NCBI RefSeq assembly: GCF_005080705.1
Contig: NZ_CP032996.1
Coordinates: forward strand, 120,001-152,000
Reading direction: 5' to 3'
DNA from: Buchnera aphidicola (Therioaphis trifolii)
GTDB taxonomy: Bacteria; Pseudomonadota; Gammaproteobacteria; Enterobacterales; Enterobacteriaceae
Length of the DNA: 32,000 nucleotides
In this document: in pieces, positions 28,020 through 32,000 of the stretch
How the letters are laid out: the number at the start of each line of letters is the position of its first letter
Position numbering within the stretch: the first letter of the stretch is position 1
Notes under the pieces: generated by a model
Told to the model about the DNA's origin: nothing
The model's input: the letters and a program-made list of their open reading frames with translations, nothing else
Databases searched by the model: none
Program-made: the position numbers and the translations under genes

Positions 28020-29306
28020 TTATTTTAAAAATGTTTTTAATTTTTCAAAATTTGGTTTCATATAATGTGATAATATAGGTAATTTAGATGGTTTTTTGAG
28101 TTTTTTTGGTAGTTTTATTTTAATATCTAATACATTTTCAACAACATCTTTAAATTTTGATGGATGTGCTGTTCCTAAAAATAGTCCAAATTCGTCTTCT
28201 TTTACTTTTTTTTCTAATAATTGAAATGCCACTGCTGCATGTGGTTCAGAAATATATCCTATATTTTTTAATTTTAATAAAGTTTCAGTAGTAATTTGGT
28301 CTGATACACTTCCAAATCCTAATGTATTAAGATTCCATTTTTTTCTTGAAAATAATTCTTCTACTCTTGGCCAATTATTTGGTCTACTAATATCCATGGC
28401 ATTAGAAATAGTAGAAATACAATTATAAGGTTTCCATTTTCTGGATTTTAAAAATCTTGGTACAGTATTATTAATATTAGTAGCTGCAATAAATGATTGA
28501 ATTGGTAAACCCATAGATTTAGCTAACAATCCTGCGGTTAAATTTCCAAAATTTCCACATGGAACAGAAATAATTAATTTTTTACGATTTTCTTTTGAAA
28601 GTAAAGCGTAAGCTTCAAAAAAATAACATACTTGAGCTAATAATCGACTAATATTAATTGAATTAGCTGAATTTAAACCTGTTTTTTTTTTTAATTTTTC
28701 ATCATTAAAAGCTTTTTTTACTAATTCTTGACATTCATCAAAACTTCCATTAATAGCTATTGTTGTAATATTTTCACCAAGAGTACAAAATAATGATTCT
28801 TGTAGTTTACTTATTTTTCCTTTAGGATATAATATTATTACTTTAACATTTTTGATTTTATAAAAAGCATGTGCTACAGCTGCTCCAGTATCTCCTGAAG
28901 TTGCAGTAAGTATTGTAGTAGTAATATCATTATTTTTATTTAAATGTGATATTATTTGAGCCATAAATCTAGCTCCAAAATCTTTAAATGCTAATGTTGG
29001 TCCGTGAAATAATTCTAAACAAGATATATTTTTTGTTACTGGAATAATTCTAGGTTTAGAAAAAGAGAAAGCATTATGTACGTATTTTGTTAAATCATTA
29101 ATTTTAATTTCATTTCCTATAAACATAGAAAGAATTTTAATACTACGCGTTAAAAAATCCATTTCAATAATTTCTTCTAATTGATTTTTTGGTATTATAG
29201 GTAAATCGATTGGAAAAAATAATCCTTGTTTTTTTCCTAATCCCATTTTTACAGCTTTTAAAAAATCTACTTGTTCGCAATAATTTTTTAAATTATATAA
29301 TTTCAT
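28020..29306 (-). CDS. thrC: threonine synthase
   Basis: 428 aa. MKLYNLK, GLFFP, LELFHGPTLAFKDFGARFMAQ (PLP Lys), LTATSGDTGAAVAHAF, LNSANSINISRLLAQ, GNFGNLTAGLLAK, NNWPRVEELF and SEPHAAVA are collinear with E. coli ThrC. GGAG within the thrB 3' end serves as the SD. Confidence 0.96.
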   Translation of the reverse strand: MKLYNLKNYCEQVDFLKAVKMGLGKKQGLFFPIDLPIIPKNQLEEIIEMDFLTRSIKILSMFIGNEIKINDLTKYVHNAFSFSKPRIIPVTKNISCLELFHGPTLAFKDFGARFMAQIISHLNKNNDITTTILTATSGDTGAAVAHAFYKIKNVKVIILYPKGKISKLQESLFCTLGENITTIAINGSFDECQELVKKAFNDEKLKKKTGLNSANSINISRLLAQVCYFFEAYALLSKENRKKLIISVPCGNFGNLTAGLLAKSMGLPIQSFIAATNINNTVPRFLKSRKWKPYNCISTISNAMDISRPNNWPRVEELFSRKKWNLNTLGFGSVSDQITTETLLKLKNIGYISEPHAAVAFQLLEKKVKEDEFGLFLGTAHPSKFKDVVENVLDIKIKLPKKLKKPSKLPILSHYMKPNFEKLKTFLK

Positions 29307-29311
29307 ATCAA

Positions 29312-30244
29312 TTATTCTCCTATAATTCTAGTACCTTTTGTATCTAATTCACAAATATGAACAAATCCTTGATTATTTTTTAAATAATTTTTTGATAACC
29401 ATTTTGATATATTTTTAGCAATAATTTCATTATTACAAATTACAAAAATTGTTGGACCTGATCCAGATATTCCAAAATTTATAGCTCCAAGATTTAATAC
29501 TTGTTTTTTTATTTTTAAATAATTTGGAATTAATTGCATTCTATATGGTTCTGCTATAATATCTTTCATTAATTTTAAAGCTAATTTTGATTGTTGAGTA
29601 TATGAAGCATGTATAAAACCTGCTAATAATCGACTATGTTCAATACATATTTTTTTATCATATTTTAAAGGTAAAATTGATCTAGCTGATGATGTAGATA
29701 TCTTAATACCTGGCCATGCAACAATCCATATCCAATCTTTAAAAAAGGGAATTGATTGACTGATATAATTGTTTTCATTAATAATAAGTTGTAAACCTCC
29801 ATAATAACATGGAGCTACATTATCATAATGAGGGTCTCCAGATATTTCACCTTCTATTACACCCATTAAATATAATAATTGTCGTGAATTCAATGGTTTA
29901 TTACAAAATTTATTAATAGCAACTAATGTTGCAACAATAGAACAAGCACTAGATCCTAAACCTGATCCAATTGGCATATTTTTTTCTAAAGTAATAGAGA
30001 TTAATATTTTTTTTCCAATAATTTTACAAAAATGATTCCAACATTTCCAAACAATATTTTTTTTAATATTTTTTGGTAATTGGAATGCAAATTTTCCTGT
30101 ATTATTTAAATTAAAAGTATTATTTGATTTAATAGTAACAGTATCACCTAATAATTTTCCATTTTTTGGTGAAATTGCTGCACCTAATAAATCAAAACCA
30201 ACATTAATATTACCAATAGAAGCAGGTGCATAAATTTTTATCAT
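29312..30244 (-). CDS. thrB: homoserine kinase
   Basis: 310 aa. [35 protein letters not shown] (GHMP motif), [25 protein letters not shown] and GFVHIC.LD are collinear with E. coli ThrB. AGGA lies 8 nt upstream. Confidence 0.96.
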   Translation of the reverse strand: MIKIYAPASIGNINVGFDLLGAAISPKNGKLLGDTVTIKSNNTFNLNNTGKFAFQLPKNIKKNIVWKCWNHFCKIIGKKILISITLEKNMPIGSGLGSSACSIVATLVAINKFCNKPLNSRQLLYLMGVIEGEISGDPHYDNVAPCYYGGLQLIINENNYISQSIPFFKDWIWIVAWPGIKISTSSARSILPLKYDKKICIEHSRLLAGFIHASYTQQSKLALKLMKDIIAEPYRMQLIPNYLKIKKQVLNLGAINFGISGSGPTIFVICNNEIIAKNISKWLSKNYLKNNQGFVHICELDTKGTRIIGE

Positions 30245-30261
30245 ATTTAATTTCCTAATTA

Positions 30262-32000
30262 TTATGGTAATAATTGTAATAAATCAGAAAAAATTCCAGC
30301 TGCTGTAACATTATTTCCTGCACCATATCCTTTTAATACCAATGGTATTGGTTGATAATATTTACTATATATTATTAATGCATTTTCACCATTTTTAACA
30401 TTATATAAAGGATTTTTTTTATCAACTTCTGTTAATTCTACTTTACATAATCCTCCTTTTTTTATTGTTCCAATAAATCTTAATACTTTTTTATATTTTT
30501 TTGCTAATTTTATTTTGTTGTAAAAATATTCATTTAATTTTGATAATTCAGATATAAAAGTGTTTTTATCTTTTATTTTTAACATATATTTTGGTAATAT
30601 TGGTATAATTTTAATATCTTCTAATTCTAATTTATATCCTGATTCTCTAGCTAATATAAGTAGTTTTCTTGCGACATCTAATCCAGATAGATCATCTTTT
30701 GGATTTGGTTCTGTAAATCCTAATTTTTTTGCCATAATAGTAGCTTCTGAAATAGATAATCCTTCTTCTAATTTTCCAAAAATAAATGATAAAGATCCAG
30801 ATAATATACCTTCAAAACTAATTAATTCATCTCCTGAATCAAATAAATTTTTTAATGTTTTTATAATTGGTAATCCAGCACTAACATTAGTTTCATAAAA
30901 AAATTTTTTATTTTTTTTTATTGCAATATTTCTAATGTTTGCATATTCTTTCCAAGTATTTGTATTAGCTTTTTTATTTGGAGTTACAATATTTATATTA
31001 TTTTTTAAAATATCATAATAAAAATTAGCTATTTCTTGACTTGCAGTACAATCTATAATTACGGGATTAAATAAAGAAATATTTTTTGCATATTTAATAA
31101 TTTTTTTTATACAAAATTTTTTATGAGTAGTATGAAATTGTTCTTTCCAAGTGATTAGATTAATACCATCTAAATTAATTAACATTTTTTTTGAATTTGA
31201 TATACTACAAATTTTAAATATTATATTTTTATTTTTTAATATTTGACTTTGTTTTTGAATTTGTTTTAATAATGCTTTTGCTACTCCTCCAATTCCAATT
31301 AAAAAAATTTCAATAATATTTATTTTATAAAATAATTTATTATGAATAATTTTAATATTTTCATGAATATTATTATTATTTGTTATTATTATAAAAGAAT
31401 TTTTTGAAAATGTAGTATTTGTAGAAATAATATTTAAATTTGTATTTTTTAATGATAAAAAAATTTTTTTTTGAACATTAATATTATTATTAATATTGTT
31501 ACCAACAATATTTATTAATTTTAATGTTTGATCAATATTAATTATATTAATAATATCATATATTAATTCTTTTTGTAGTTTTTTTTTTAAAATATTTTTA
31601 ATTTGATCTTTATATTTTTGTATTATATAAAAATAAATTTTATTTTCTAAATAAGATGTTACATGAAATAATATTTGAATATCAAAATTTAAAAATATTG
31701 AAAATATTTTTTCAATTATAAAATTTATATTTTTAAATATATTAATTTTAATAACAATATTTACAATATTATTTAAATATGTAATACCTTTAATATTTGT
31801 AGATTGTTCTTCAAAAATATTTTGAATAATAGTTCCTGTTTTTTCTGGAAAATATGTGTTTTTAATTATACATTTTATATTTGATTTAAATAACGGAAGT
31901 ATGGTTTTTGGATGTAAAATTTTGGCTCCAAATGATGATAGTTCTATAGCTTCTTGATATGAAATTGATTTTAATAATTTTGCAGTAGGAATAATTTTAG
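30262..32000 (-). CDS. thrA: bifunctional aspartokinase I / homoserine dehydrogenase I, 3' part (5' end beyond the window)
   Basis: The minus-strand frame is open from nt 31998 to the stop at 30262. My translation of 31186-31998 reads [30 protein letters not shown]...[19 protein letters not shown]..., matching E. coli ThrA [24 protein letters not shown]...VFVIGVGGVGGALLEQL. The 30262..31185 track ORF is only the part after the last in-frame Met ([63 protein letters not shown]). Confidence 0.95.
   Translation of the reverse strand, partial: KIIPTAKLLKSISYQEAIELSSFGAKILHPKTILPLFKSNIKCIIKNTYFPEKTGTIIQNIFEEQSTNIKGITYLNNIVNIVIKINIFKNINFIIEKIFSIFLNFDIQILFHVTSYLENKIYFYIIQKYKDQIKNILKKKLQKELIYDIINIINIDQTLKLINIVGNNINNNINVQKKIFLSLKNTNLNIISTNTTFSKNSFIIITNNNNIHENIKIIHNKLFYKINIIEIFLIGIGGVAKALLKQIQKQSQILKNKNIIFKICSISNSKKMLINLDGINLITWKEQFHTTHKKFCIKKIIKYAKNISLFNPVIIDCTASQEIANFYYDILKNNINIVTPNKKANTNTWKEYANIRNIAIKKNKKFFYETNVSAGLPIIKTLKNLFDSGDELISFEGILSGSLSFIFGKLEEGLSISEATIMAKKLGFTEPNPKDDLSGLDVARKLLILARESGYKLELEDIKIIPILPKYMLKIKDKNTFISELSKLNEYFYNKIKLAKKYKKVLRFIGTIKKGGLCKVELTEVDKKNPLYNVKNGENALIIYSKYYQPIPLVLKGYGAGNNVTAAGIFSDLLQLLP

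Noticed and set aside
30560-30898. A 112-aa plus-strand ORF inside thrA.
   Set aside because: It is a shadow ORF antisense to the conserved homoserine dehydrogenase domain, with no independent support.
30262-31185. thrA might be split or pseudogenised, because the track ORF covers only the homoserine dehydrogenase half and nothing is listed for 31186-32000.
   Set aside because: My translation of the minus strand shows the same frame open, with no stops, from 31998 to 30262. Aspartokinase and ACT-region homology is clear. There is simply no in-frame Met between 31185 and the window edge.
1-32000. I looked for a novel defence, toxin-antitoxin, secretion or mobile system, and for CRISPR repeats, integrases or transposases, tRNA-linked islands or composition shifts.
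   Set aside because: Every ORF of 100 aa or more except one has a clear housekeeping assignment. Spacers are short and featureless, and there are no repeats or G/C shifts beyond tmRNA. The window appears to be ordinary core endosymbiont genome.

Overview
This window is about 80% A+T by eye, gene-dense and almost entirely housekeeping. It looks like a core chromosome segment of a highly reduced gammaproteobacterial insect endosymbiont. Gene content and order fit Buchnera aphidicola-type genomes as I recall them, but a database search is needed to confirm that. Left to right the window carries: the distal part of the NADH dehydrogenase I operon (nuoE partial, then nuoF to nuoN), folC, prs (-), prfA-prmC, ackA-pta, gyrA (-), a DUF2076-like conserved hypothetical, a 2-Cys peroxiredoxin (-), a truncated grpE (-), nadK, tmRNA ssrA (-), grxD, rnt (-), ychF, and thrC-thrB-thrA (-). 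thrA runs off the right edge. Two track ORFs are only Met-to-stop tails of genes cut by the window edges (nuoE at 243..446 and thrA at 30262..31185). I read both frames as open to the edges. I found no mobile elements, CRISPR arrays, tRNA or rRNA genes, defence or toxin loci, or unexplained large repeats, and no convincing evidence of a novel multi-gene system. The items worth a second look are signatures of genome erosion: a grpE stub lacking its beta domain next to a featureless spacer, a retained protein of unknown function, a decayed Pta N-terminal domain, many in-frame poly(A) tracts of 10-13 nt, deletion-scar junctions between E. coli-like synteny blocks, a tmRNA with an altered tag and no adjacent smpB, and a CGYS glutaredoxin motif.
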